Below, piece by piece: positions 20,515-30,800 of a DNA stretch of 64,000 bases (position 1 is its first letter; each line of letters starts with the position of its first letter). The DNA lies in contig CAVOFT010000001.1 of the NCBI GenBank assembly GCA_963695095.1, forward strand, positions 1,728,001 to 1,792,000. Direction: 5' to 3'. A program made the translations under genes and the position numbers. The notes under the pieces were generated by a model. It was not told where the DNA came from, searched no databases, and saw only the letters and a program-made list of their open reading frames with translations. The DNA is from an uncultured bacterium. GTDB lineage: Bacteria > Krumholzibacteriota > Krumholzibacteriia > JACNKJ01.

Positions 20515-21477
20515 TTACTTGCTCGACAGCGGGCCCACCCAGCCCGCCGCCTGGCCGGCGAAGACGAGGATCCAGCGCAGGGCGAAACCGCCGGCGAGGA
20601 CGAACAGGGCCGTGGCCCGCCCCGGCGTCGCACGCCGCTTGTACTCGATGGCCTCGCCGATGAAGGGGACGACGAGCCCGAGGGCGACGACGAGGGTCCA
20701 GAAGGCCGCCGTGTAGGGGCCGCCGAAGAAGAGCCGCGCCGCCGATTGCGCCGCCAGCCCGCCCACGGCCAGGCCGAGGAGCCAGAGCGCGAGGATGCCC
20801 AGCTCGGCGCCGATGACGGCCATGTCGACGGCGCTGGCCAGGCGCCGCTCCTCGTCGCGCAGGCCGAAGAGCAGGATGAAGGCGGCGCCGCTGGAGAGCC
20901 CCGAGGCGAGGAAGAGCGGGCCCAGCAGCGGCGAGTTCCACAGCGGCCGCGCGGCGAAGGCGCCCAGCAGGATACCCGTGTAGACGGCGAGCAGGATCCC
21001 CAGGTTCATCGTCGCGAAGGCGAGGCCGCGCGCGTGGCCGGCGGCCCAGCGCGCCAGCGGCGCCAGGCGCGGCCAGCGAGCGAGGGCGCGGCGGCGCCAG
21101 GCGGCCGGGCTCTCGTTCCAGGCGAAGGCCAGCGACACCGGGTAGACGGCGATGAGGATCCAGGCGCCCCAGGACATCGGCGTCTCCGGCCGCAGGATGA
21201 AGTAGAAGCGGAAGGCGTTGAAGCGGTTGGCCAGGTCCAGCCACAGGAAGAGCATGCCGAGCGAAAGCAGGAGGGGCGCCAGCCAGGGCAGGCGCTCGAG
21301 GCTGGCCGATCGCTCGCGGGCCGGCTTCCAGAGCCGATAGGCGCCGAGCAGGACCATCAGGCCGGCCACCAGGCCGCCGAGGAACAGGTAGACCGCCACC
21401 TCGCCATGCCAGACCTGCAGGTCCGGGTCGATGAGCGGGTTGTGGCGCGTCGTCGTCATCTCCATCGCGGGCCTCAC
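20515..21477 (-). CDS. psrC: Polysulfide reductase membrane anchor (NrfD/PsrC family)
   Basis: W..AVYLFLGG, LWLDL, PMSWGAW, YTGILL, RPLWNS, LFLASGLSSG, GGFALRW. Confidence 0.88.
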   Translation of the reverse strand: MRPAMEMTTTRHNPLIDPDLQVWHGEVAVYLFLGGLVAGLMVLLGAYRLWKPARERSASLERLPWLAPLLLSLGMLFLWLDLANRFNAFRFYFILRPETPMSWGAWILIAVYPVSLAFAWNESPAAWRRRALARWPRLAPLARWAAGHARGLAFATMNLGILLAVYTGILLGAFAARPLWNSPLLGPLFLASGLSSGAAFILLFGLRDEERRLASAVDMAVIGAELGILALWLLGLAVGGLAAQSAARLFFGGPYTAAFWTLVVALGLVVPFIGEAIEYKRRATPGRATALFVLAGGFALRWILVFAGQAAGWVGPLSSK

Positions 21478-22022
21478 TTGAGGTAGTAGTGCTGCGGCTC
21501 GGTGCCGGCGTCCGGCAGCAGCACGGTCCAGGCGCGGCGGGCCAGGGCCCGGCTGATCTCGCTGTCCGGGTCATTCAGGTCGCCGAAGAGGATGCTCGTC
21601 GTCGGGCAGATCTCCTGGCAGCTCGTGGTGGTCCGGCCGCTCTCGATCCGGTGCAGGCAGAAGGTGCACTTGTCGACGGTGTGCGTGCGGGGATCCACGA
21701 AGCGGGCGCCGTAGGGACAGGCCGTGATGCAGGCCTTGCAGCCCGAGCACTTGGCGTCGTTGATCTGCACCGTGCCGCCGGGCCCGTAGTGCGAGCTGCC
21801 CGTGGGGCAGGCGCGCACGCAGGGGGCGTCGGCGCAGTGGTTGCACCGCTCCGACCTGAGCAGGGTGGCGAGGGCAGGATACACGCCGCTCGTCTCGGTG
21901 ACGATCCAGTCGCGCGTGTGGCCGGCGGCCACGCCGTTCTCCTCCTTGCAGCCGATGACGCAGGCCGCGCAGCCCACGCAGGTGAGCGTGTCCACGGCCA
22001 TGCCGTAGCGGGGACCCTTCAT
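21474..22022 (-). CDS. psrB: Polysulfide/thiosulfate reductase Fe-S subunit (4x[4Fe-4S])
   Basis: CVGCAACVIGC, CNHCADAPCVRACP, CSGCKACITACP, KCTFC...CQEICP. Confidence 0.92.
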   Translation of the reverse strand: MKGPRYGMAVDTLTCVGCAACVIGCKEENGVAAGHTRDWIVTETSGVYPALATLLRSERCNHCADAPCVRACPTGSSHYGPGGTVQINDAKCSGCKACITACPYGARFVDPRTHTVDKCTFCLHRIESGRTTTSCQEICPTTSILFGDLNDPDSEISRALARRAWTVLLPDAGTEPQHYYLK

Positions 22023-24301
22023 GCCGGCACCTCCTGATCCGCGCGCCGGGCGGCGGTCGCGGCGTGCTCGTCGCCGCCGGCCGCGCCGCTCTCGTCCCGC
22101 ACGAAGGTGACGAAGTTCACGTTCATGCCGGTGCCGCCCATGATGGGGTCGACCGCGACGCGCGTGCAGAGCTCGGCGCTGTCGATGCCGCGCCCGTAGG
22201 CGAAGCTCAGCTCCTTGGCCTGGCGGCCGTAGCCGTGGACGAGGTAGACCGCGTCGGCGCGAATGCGCTCGGTCACCCGCACGGGCGCGCTGAAGGCCGA
22301 GAGCACGCCGTCCTGGTTCTGCAGGCGCACGCGGTCGCCCATGGCCAGGCCCCAGTGGGCGGCGACGCGCGTGTTCACCCACACCTCGTTCTCGGCGAAG
22401 ACCTCCGACAGCAGGCGGTTGTTCGTGGTGCGCCCGAAGCTGTGCACGGGCGCGCGCCCGAAGAGCAGGCGGTAGTAGCCGGCGGGCGGCTCGGCGGGCG
22501 GCGTGTACACGGGCAGCGGGTCGAAGCCGGCGGCGGCCAGGGCCGTCGAGTAGAGCTCGATCTTGCCCGTCTCGGTGGGGAAGCTGGGCAGGGCGCCTTC
22601 TTCGTAGCTGAGGGGCTGCGCGGGCATGGTGATCACGCCGTCGCGCTGCAGGGCGTCGCAGTCCAGGCCGGCGGCGTGCAAGCGTGCCTGCGCGTACTCC
22701 ATGCTGTCGATCCAGGGGAAGAAATCCGCCAGGCCGAGTCGCGTCGCCAGCTCCTTGGCGATCCACCAGCCCGGCTTGCTGTCGTACATGGGCGGCACCA
22801 CTTCCTGGCGCACGGCGATGTAGGGCTCGCGATAGGGCGGGTTGTGCAGCTCGTCGCAGCGCTCGAGGTAGGTGGCCTCGGGCAGCACCACGTCGGCCAG
22901 TCCGCAGATCTCGGCGGGCAGCACGTCCACGGCGACGAGGAAGTCCAGCTTCTGGATCGCCTCGCGGGTGCGCTGGGGATCGGGCAGGGTGGTGGGCAGA
23001 TTGGAGCCGTAGACCATCCAGGCCTTGAGGTCGTAGGCCGCCAGGCCGGGAATCGTCGCGTCGCAGAGGCCCTGGGCGAGCACCTCGTCGGCAAGCGGGA
23101 TAGTCGCTGGCCAGGGGCTGATCGGCGGCGCCGCGCTCGGGCGGCCGATAGCCGGGATAGGCGTAGGCGGGCAGCTCGATCTGCGCGGGGACGATGTAGC
23201 CGCCGCGCCGGCCCCAGGCGCCCAGCAGCGCGTTCAGGATGGCGATCGCCCGACTGCGCTGCGTGTCGTCGCCGTACCAGGTGACATGGCGACCCGGATG
23301 GATGAGGGTCGCCGGCCGCGCGCCGGCGATGAGGCGGGCGGTCTCGCGGATCAGGCCCGGCTCGATGCCCGTGCGCGGGTAGGCCCACTCCGGGCTGAAG
23401 GGCGCCACGTGCGCCTCGAGCTGCTCGAAACCGTAGGCGTAGCGCTCGATGTAGTCCCGGTCGTAGAGCCCTTCCTTGATGATCACGTGCATCCAGGCGA
23501 GCAGGAGCGCGAGGTCCGTGCCCGGCTTGATGGGCAGCCAGTAGCGCGCCTTCGCGGCCGCGGTCGAGAAGCGCGGATCGACGACGATGAGATCCGCCCC
23601 GCCGCGCAGGAAGTCGGCGAAGTCCTGCACCTGGGTGTTGTGCATGTTCTCGCCCAGGTGCGAGCCGATGAGCATGAGGCAGCGAGCGTCGGCGATGTCC
23701 GTGCGCTCGGGCGATCTCGACGCCCTCGCCGAAGGTGAGGCTGAAGCCCACGTCGCGCGGCCCGCGGCACTGGGCGTAGGAGGGCGCGGCGATGTTGGGG
23801 GAGCCGTAGGCCTTGAACAGGTGCTTCATCCAGTTGCCGCCGTAGCCGTGATAGAAGAGGGCGAGCGCGCTGGCGCCGTGCTCCTGCTTGATGCGGCCGA
23901 AGTGCTCGGCCACGTCGTCCAGGGCGTCCGTCCCAGCTGACGGGCGCGAAGCGCTGCTCGCCGTTCTTGCGGAGGCGCACGAGGGGCTGCTTGAGGCGGT
24001 CCGGGTCGTAGAGCAGACCCGTGCCGCCGGCGCCCCGCGGGCAGAGCCGGCCGCGGGAGAGCGGGTGCTTCGGGTTGCCCTTGATCTTGGTGACCCGCCC
24101 GTCCTTGACGTGGGCGAGGATGCCGCACTTCCAGAAGCACAGCTCGCAGAAGCTGGCGACGACGCGGTCGCCATCGGTGCCGGGGTCGCCGACGGGATTG
24201 GCGTAGGCACCGTACCAGTCGCTGGTCAGGCCGCCCAGCAGCGCCGCGCCGCCGACACCGGCCCCGCCGATCCTGAGAAAATCGCGCCGATTCATGCTCA
24301 T
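22019..24301 (-). CDS. psrA: Polysulfide/thiosulfate reductase molybdopterin subunit with Tat signal; frameshifts at ~23930, ~23715, ~23097
   Basis: MSMNRRDFL twin-Arg signal; CELCFWKC...LCPRG FS0 cluster; SYAQC Mo-ligand region; GENMHNTQ, VDPRFS, PIKPGTD, HPGRH, DVVLPEATYLER, HSFGRT. Confidence 0.88.
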
Positions 24302-24639
24302 GCCTGGTCCTCCTGGGGCCTGGCCTCGGCGCTGTCGCTATGCAACCAGTCGCAGACGGTGGTCACGAGGGTGCCGATCACGCTGCCGCTCGCAGAGAGC
24401 GCCACCTCGCCCGAGGGGCCGCGCCGCGTGCCGGCCACCAGATCCAGCTCGCGCAGGGGCAGGATCAGCCGGGCCACGCTGGACTGCGGCCGCCCGGTGG
24501 CGGCGATCAGTTCCTTCTGGCTGGCGGGTCCCTCGGCCAGGCGGCAGGCGATCTCGAGCCGACCCGGGTGGGCGAGGGCCTTGAAGACCTGGGCGGCGCG
24601 GGCGATGTCCTCGGGCGTCCGCTTCAGCTTCGGGTCCAT
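24298..24639 (-). CDS. ArsR/SmtB-family repressor with two Cys (BigR/SqrR-like persulfide sensor)
   Basis: FKALAHPGRLEIAC (helix 2 Cys), HTH region, C-terminal TTVC; GGAGG RBS; first gene of the psr operon with ATGA overlap. Confidence 0.78.
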   Translation of the reverse strand: MDPKLKRTPEDIARAAQVFKALAHPGRLEIACRLAEGPASQKELIAATGRPQSSVARLILPLRELDLVAGTRRGPSGEVALSASGSVIGTLVTTVCDWLHSDSAEARPQEDQA

Positions 24640-24676
24640 GGAATCGCCTCCCTAGAACAGTGGTAAACAAACCCAG

Positions 24677-24719
24677 ATATCCGCATATCCGAAAATACGA
24701 GTTCCCCGGCACCTGTCAA
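24677..24719 (-). promoter_or_regulatory. Sigma70-type promoter of the arsR-psr operon with an overlapping imperfect palindromic operator
   Basis: Minus strand TTGACA (24719-24714), 16 bp, TATTTT (24697-24692). ATATCCGCATATCCGAAAAT (24677-24696) matches its reverse complement at 14/20 positions. Confidence 0.65.
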
Positions 24720-24907
24720 GCCCACCCAGGGCGCGGGGCGGCAAGGCCAGGGCTGACGCCGCAGACTGCACGGCCCCGCAAACCCGGCAACTAGTGCTTG
24801 ATTGCAAGCGATTTTGGTGCAAAGCTTTGCGGCGCTCGATGGCGACTGGTCCTGGCGTCAGCTTTGCTTGACCTTGGTCTGGCGGCCGCCTTCCCTGGAG
24901 GATACGC

Positions 24908-25954
24908 TTGCTGCTTCGCCTGCCCTCGCTGGGAGTCCTCTTCCTGTTCGTGGTCACCTTGGCCTCGGGGGCGGCCTGCGGGCCGACGGATGGCGAGGCT
25001 CCGAGCGACCCCGCGGACCCCGAGATTCCGCCCGAGCCCGCCTACGCCACGCACGTGCTAGCCTACGGCAGCGCCCTGGCGAGGCTGGATCAGGGGCAGC
25101 TCGCGCCTTTCGACCACATCATCCTGGAGGCCCAGGCCCTGGCGGAGCTGGAGCCGCGTTACCACGCGCGAGCCCTGCTCTACTTCAATCCGTGGGGGAA
25201 GAGCAGCTACAGCGACAGCCTGCGCAGCTGGCCCGAGTGGCAGCCCGCGCCGCGCGAACTCGGCCAGCCGGACATCCTGCTCAACGGGAGCGTCTACTGC
25301 TACCGGTTCGACGACGCCCACGTCGCCGCCTTCCTCGGCTGGATCGAGAGCTATCTCGCCGCGCGCGGGGGCGAGGTGGCGGGCGTCTTCCTCGATGACT
25401 TCGGCTTCGAGCGCCAGTGGTGGACGGGCGCGGCCGCCGACAAGGACTCGGTCTGGGGGCCCTACGACGGCCGTCCCGGCTGGCGCGAGGCGCCCTACGA
25501 CTGGAACCGCCAGCGCATCGCCGCCCTCGAGGCCGGGGCGCTCGCGCTCGTGCTCGAGCACTGCGGCCCCGAGGGTCTGCTCGTGGTCAACGGCGTCGCG
25601 CGCACGCTGCCGGGCGTGCGCCGCTTCGCCGAAGACGTCGGCGCGCCCAATTCCGAGGAATGGGAGCGGCTCGAGACGCCTGGCGTCGATCCCCTGCGCT
25701 ATGTCGAGGCGGGCGACTTCCTGCAGGTCAACGGCATCGGGGCCAGCGGCCTCTGGGGCGACTGGGCGAGCACGCCGGCAGGAGCGGGCGAGGCCAATCT
25801 CGCCCGGGCCTGCGCCCTGGCCCAGCGGCGGGATGCCAGCGTGGGCCTGGCCTACGGCGAGACGCCGGCAGGCGGCGGCAGCCTCTACTCGCTCTTCCTG
25901 CGCCCGGATGCGGAGGGCCAGACCTGGCCGCGCTACTTCGGCGATTCGCCCTGA
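24908..25954 (+). CDS. Putative lipoprotein with a glycoside-hydrolase-like TIM barrel
   Basis: Signal peptide with GAAC lipobox-like site; LLYFNP, YRFDD, AGVFLDD, LVVNG pattern resembling GH114/spherulin/PelA-type barrels (inference). Start uncertain (TTG). Confidence 0.5.
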   Translation: MLLRLPSLGVLFLFVVTLASGAACGPTDGEAPSDPADPEIPPEPAYATHVLAYGSALARLDQGQLAPFDHIILEAQALAELEPRYHARALLYFNPWGKSSYSDSLRSWPEWQPAPRELGQPDILLNGSVYCYRFDDAHVAAFLGWIESYLAARGGEVAGVFLDDFGFERQWWTGAAADKDSVWGPYDGRPGWREAPYDWNRQRIAALEAGALALVLEHCGPEGLLVVNGVARTLPGVRRFAEDVGAPNSEEWERLETPGVDPLRYVEAGDFLQVNGIGASGLWGDWASTPAGAGEANLARACALAQRRDASVGLAYGETPAGGGSLYSLFLRPDAEGQTWPRYFGDSP

Positions 25955-26541
25955 GCGGCCGGCCCGCCGGCGCGGCGATCGGGCAGGTAGCAGTCGCCGA
26001 GCTCGGGCGCGCCGCCGGGCAGGAGGCCGTGCCGCGCGCAGTGCTGATAGAGCAGGGCGGCGGCGCTCGAGGCCACATTGAGGCTGTTCTTGAGGCCGAG
26101 CATGGGCAGGTGCAGCACGGCGTCGGCCTGGCGCAGCAGCTCGCGATCCACCCCCAGCACCTCGTGGCCGAAGACGAAGCAGCAGCGCAGGGGCCCGTCC
26201 CAGTCCACGATGGACCGGCTCTGCGGCGTGCGCTCCACGGCGACGAGTGCGAAACCGTCCTCGCGCGCGCGACCGACGGCGTCGAAGACGCGCAGATCGT
26301 GGCTCCAGGGCACGCAGGCCGTGCTGCCGAGAGCGGTCTTCTCGAGCTTGCCGTTGGGCGGGAAGGCGCTGATCCCGACCAGATAGAGCTGCGCCAGGCG
26401 CAGGGCATCCGCCGTGCGGAAGATGTCGCCCACGTTGTAGGCGCTGCGGATGTTGTCGAGCAGCAGGGCCACGGGCGTGCGGGTGCCGCCCGGGTCGGCG
26501 GGGCGGTCCTTCCACATCGCGTGCAGGGGATCCAGGTTCAC
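25933..26541 (-). CDS. SpoU/TrmH-family RNA methyltransferase
   Basis: LDNIRSAYNVGDIFRTADA, FGHEVLGV, LPMLGLKNSLNVA. Confidence 0.9.
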   Translation of the reverse strand: MNLDPLHAMWKDRPADPGGTRTPVALLLDNIRSAYNVGDIFRTADALRLAQLYLVGISAFPPNGKLEKTALGSTACVPWSHDLRVFDAVGRAREDGFALVAVERTPQSRSIVDWDGPLRCCFVFGHEVLGVDRELLRQADAVLHLPMLGLKNSLNVASSAAALLYQHCARHGLLPGGAPELGDCYLPDRRAGGPAAQGESPK

Positions 26542-26699
26542 CCTCTCTCCTCGGCCCGGGGACGGCTCCCACTCTAGCGGCTGCCGCGCGCGGGCGCAAT
26601 CGGCGCGGCGGCGCCGCGGCTCGGCGCTTGCCGCGCCTGGGCTCGCCTGCTACACCTTCCGCGCTCGCGCCCGGCTCGGGCGCGCGAGGGAGGTTCCCC

Positions 26700-27800
26700 G
26701 TGTTCCCCGACCGATTCGCAGCACCGGCCGTCGCCGGGGCCCTCCTGGCCGGGCTCCTGCTGGCGGGCCTGCCGCGCGCGGGGGCTGCGGGCGAGTCGCC
26801 CTACTACTTCTACCACGGCCGCAGCTACGGGAGCGAGGCCATGGTCCAGCCCCTGCGCATGATCGTCAACAGCGGCTACGGCATCATGCAGCTGGACAAT
26901 CGCAGCCACGCCATCTGGGAAGTGGACTACGCGCGGGGCTGGCGCACCCTGAGCCGCAACCTCGGGCACCCCGTCACGGCCATCGAGCAGGAGGGCTGGG
27001 GCGATTTCCTGCTCAAGGAAGTGGTGCCCTTCAGCACGAACACCGCCGAAGCGCGCTACTGGCCGAACTATACCCAGCACCTGATCGGCGGCGGCATGAG
27101 CTACCGCCTGCTCCACGAGTGGTTCCGCTGGCATGCCTACCCGCGGCCCCGCCTGTGGGCGATCGGCTCGATCACCGCCTATCACGTGCTGAACGAGGTG
27201 GTGGAGCTGGACGCCTACGACGGCTACACGACGGACCCCATCGCCGACCTCTACCTCTTCGATCCGCTCAGCTGTCTGCTCTTCAGCTCCGACCGCGTGG
27301 CCAGCTTCTTCGCCGAGACCTTGCAGATGCAGGACTGGTCCTTCCAGCCCGCCTATGTCCCGCGCGACGCGACGCTGCACAACAACGGGCAGAACTTCGC
27401 CTTCAAGTACGCGCTGCCCTGGAGCGAGCGCTGGAGCCTGTTCTACCACTTCGGCACCCACGGCGAGTTCGGGCTGTCGCGGCGCAGCGCCAGCGGGCTG
27501 GCCTGGTCGGCCGGGGCCGGGCTGAAGGCCAAGGACCTGCTCGATCTGGAGGCCGGCACGCGCGCCGTCGATCTGGCCCTGGTCGGCGGCCTCTGGGTGG
27601 ATCGAGAAGGCTCCCTCCTCGCTTCGCTGATCGCCGCCGCCACCAAGGAGTACCGGCTACGCCTGAACGTCTACCCGGGCGTCTTCAAGGTGGGCTGCGT
27701 TTCGCCGAGCTTTTTTCTGGTGATGGACCAGGAAGAGCGTATCCTCGTCGGCATGGGCCTCGCCCGCCTGCCGGTGGGGGTGGGCCTGCCCCTCTACTAG
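26700..27800 (+). CDS. Secreted or outer-membrane hypothetical protein
   Basis: GGAGG RBS and GTG start; signal peptide; helical NYTQHLIGGG...NEVVE..D region followed by amphipathic beta strands; C-terminal aromatic residue. Confidence 0.6.
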   Translation: MFPDRFAAPAVAGALLAGLLLAGLPRAGAAGESPYYFYHGRSYGSEAMVQPLRMIVNSGYGIMQLDNRSHAIWEVDYARGWRTLSRNLGHPVTAIEQEGWGDFLLKEVVPFSTNTAEARYWPNYTQHLIGGGMSYRLLHEWFRWHAYPRPRLWAIGSITAYHVLNEVVELDAYDGYTTDPIADLYLFDPLSCLLFSSDRVASFFAETLQMQDWSFQPAYVPRDATLHNNGQNFAFKYALPWSERWSLFYHFGTHGEFGLSRRSASGLAWSAGAGLKAKDLLDLEAGTRAVDLALVGGLWVDREGSLLASLIAAATKEYRLRLNVYPGVFKVGCVSPSFFLVMDQEERILVGMGLARLPVGVGLPLY

Positions 27801-27849
27801 CGTCCCCGGCCCGCGCGAAGCGCGCCGGACGCTCTCCCCGAGGACGCGG

Positions 27850-30800
27850 ATGAGCCAGAGCGCGAACGGCAATCCCTGGCGCGAGCTCGAGCGCGAACTC
27901 AACCCTCGCCAGCGCGAGGCCGTCTTCAGCACGGCTGCGCATTGCCTGGTGCTGGCCGGCCCGGGCACGGGCAAGACGCGCACGCTCGTCAATCGCGCGG
28001 TCTATCTCGTCAGCGCGGCCGGCGAGGAGCCGGGGGCCATCCTGACGCTCACCTTCACGCGCAAGGCCGCGCAGGTGATGCTGGAGCGGCTCGCGCGCTA
28101 CCTCGGCGAGAGCGCGGGCGCCCTGCGCACGGGCACCTTCCACCATTTCTGCCTCGAGCTGCTGCGCGGGCAGGCCGGTCGGGGGGCGGTGCCCCGCGAC
28201 TTCAGCGTGGCGGACGAAGCGCGGCAACTGCGCGCGCTCGAGCGCGCCTGGAACCGCCTCGACTTCTCGGCCCGGCCGCCGGACGAGCGCGAGCTGCGCT
28301 TCCTGCTGGGCCGCTTCGGCGCCCATCGCGCCCAGCGCGAGCCCGGGCAGCTCAGCGCGCTGCAGCTGGAGCTCTTCGCCGAGTACCAGCGCCTCCTGCG
28401 CGATGAGCGCGCCATCGACTTCGACGACATTCTCGATCTCAGCCGGCAGCTGCTCACGGAGGACGCGGCGCTGCTGGCCGCCACGCGCGCGCGCTGGCGC
28501 CGCGTGCTCGTCGACGAGTTCCAGGACACGGATGCGCTCCAGTACCAGCTCCTGCGCCTGCTGGTGCCGGCCGCCGGCAGCAGCTTCGTCGTCGCCGACG
28601 ACCAGCAGTCCATCTACGCCTGGCGGGGCGCCGACCGCCGTAACGTCGCGCGCTACCGCGAGGATTACGCGCCGGTCGAATTGCGCCTGGAGGAGAACTA
28701 CCGCAATCGCGACGCCATCCTGGGCGGCGCGCTGGCGGTGCTGGCCGCGGGCGGCGAGCCCCCGCGCGAACTCGTCAGCCGCGCGCCCGGCACAGGCAGC
28801 CTGCGCCTGGAGGCCTTTCCCAGCGAGCGCGAGGAGGCCGACTTCCTCGCCGCGGACATCCGCCGCGCCCGCGCTCGCGAGCGGCGCCTGCGCTGGGGAG
28901 ACATCGCCATCCTCTACCCCAAGCACGCGATCGGCGAGTACCTGGAGACCCGGCTGATGGCCGAGCGCCTGCCCGTCGAGCTGGTCTCCGGCCGGGCCCT
29001 GCTCGCGCAGGAGCGCATCCGGCGCGTGGTGGCCGCCCTGCGCCTGCTCCGCCACGGCGGCGACGACGAGGCCCTGGCCACCCTGCTCGCCGGCCAGCTC
29101 GACGAGAGCGCCTATGCCCTGCTCCGGCGCGTCGCCCGTCACGCCGGCGACTCCCTGCGCGCCGGCCTCGACCGCCTGCTGCGCGGGGCGGGCCAGCTGC
29201 GCAGCTTGCGCGAGCGCTGGCAGGCCTTTCAGGCGGGTCCCGGGGCCGAAGCGGCGGACGACGCCCGCTGGCTGGCCGCCTGGCGGGCGGCCTTCCCGGC
29301 GGGCTACGAGCTCGAGGCCTACCTCGATGCGGAGGGCGCCGGCCTGGAGATCGCCGCCCCGGCCGAGATCGATGCCGGGGCGCAGCGGCGGGCCCTCCTC
29401 GCGGCCGGCGAGCGCCTCGAACAGCTCTCGCGCCTGCCCTGGCTGCTCGATGGCGTCGTGGCTCGCCTGGGCAACCTCCGCGCCGGCCAGGGGGGACGCA
29501 GCCTGAGTCAGCTCGTGCGCGAGATCCTCCTGGACTTCGTCGATCCGGACGCGGGCGCGGGCGAGCTGCCCGGTGACCCGGCCGCGGTGCCGGGGCTTGC
29601 GGCCCTGCTCGATGCGCTGCGCGAGCAGCTGCGGCGCGGGCGCCGCGTGCTCGTGGAGACGCCCGGCGCGCCGGCCGAGGCGAGCCAGCTGCTGGTGGAC
29701 CTGCTGCGCGGCGGGCTCGAGCCCTGGCACGCCCAGTGCCTCGTGGCCCGGGACGAGAAGGCAGGCTCGCCGCCCTCCGACAGCCTGCGCCTCTCGGCCG
29801 CGGGCGATCGCCTGCGCCTCACCGGTCTGCCGCAGGGTGCGCTGGAGGCCGGCGGCGCCCCGGCGGCGCTGCTCGTCTTTCGCCTCTACCAGCTGTGGCG
29901 GGGCGCCGAGCACCGGCCGCTCAAGGACTTCGTGCTCTTCGATCTCGAAACGACGGGGGTGGATCCCCAGCGCTGCGAGCTGATCGAGGTGGCGGCCATC
30001 CGCTACGAGGACGGCCGCGAGAGCGCGCACTACAGCTCGCTGCTGAGGCCGCAGGGAGCCATTCCCGCCGAGGCGACCCGGGTGCACGGCATCACGGACG
30101 CCATGGTGGCCGCCGCGCCCGCGCCCGCTCAGGCGCTGCCAGCCTTCCTCGCCTTTCTCGGCGAGCGCGATCTCGTGGCGCACAACGGCGCCAGCTTCGA
30201 CTTCCCCCTGCTGCGCCGGGTCGCGCGCGAGCAGGGCCTGGCGCCTCCGCGCAACGCCCTCTTCGACAGCCTGGCCCTGGCCCGGCGGCTCTTCCCCGGC
30301 GAGAAGAACGACCTGGGCGCCCTGATGGCCCGCTTCGGCGTCAAGGCCGCGGCGCGCCACCGGGCCCTCGAGGATTGCCGCGCGCTGGCGGCCGTCTTCG
30401 CCGAACTCCAGGCGGCGCAGCTGGCGGCGCTTCGCCGGCGAGTGGGCCGCGAGGCGCTCGCCCCCGCGGCGCTGGCCCTGCTGCTCATGGAGGGCGAGCG
30501 CTTGCAGGCGCTCGCCGCGCGCGACGCGGACAGCTACGCCCTCTTCCAGGCGGGGGTGCGCCGGCTCCTCGCCAGCGGCAGCGGCTGGCTCGACCGCCTG
30601 CTGCCCGGCGATGCCCAGGCGTCGCCCGCCGCCGCCCGCCGGGCCCTGGAGGCCGCCCTGCTCGCCGCCGCGGGGCTGGACGGCGAGGCGCCGGACCTCT
30701 TCACCGGCCTGCGCAGCGAAGAGGAGCGCTTCCTCGCCCTGGTGCCGCGCTTCGATGAGCTCTTCCTCGGCGATTCGCTGGCCGCCTTTCTCGATTTCCT

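Noticed and set aside
22019..24301. Selenocysteine readthrough in the molybdoenzyme
   Set aside because: The Mo-ligand region encodes Cys (SYAQC), and the ORF breaks are frameshifts rather than in-frame TGA.
24813..24830. Possible sigma54 promoter (TTGG...TTGC)
   Set aside because: GG-to-GC spacing is 11 nt rather than the strict 10.
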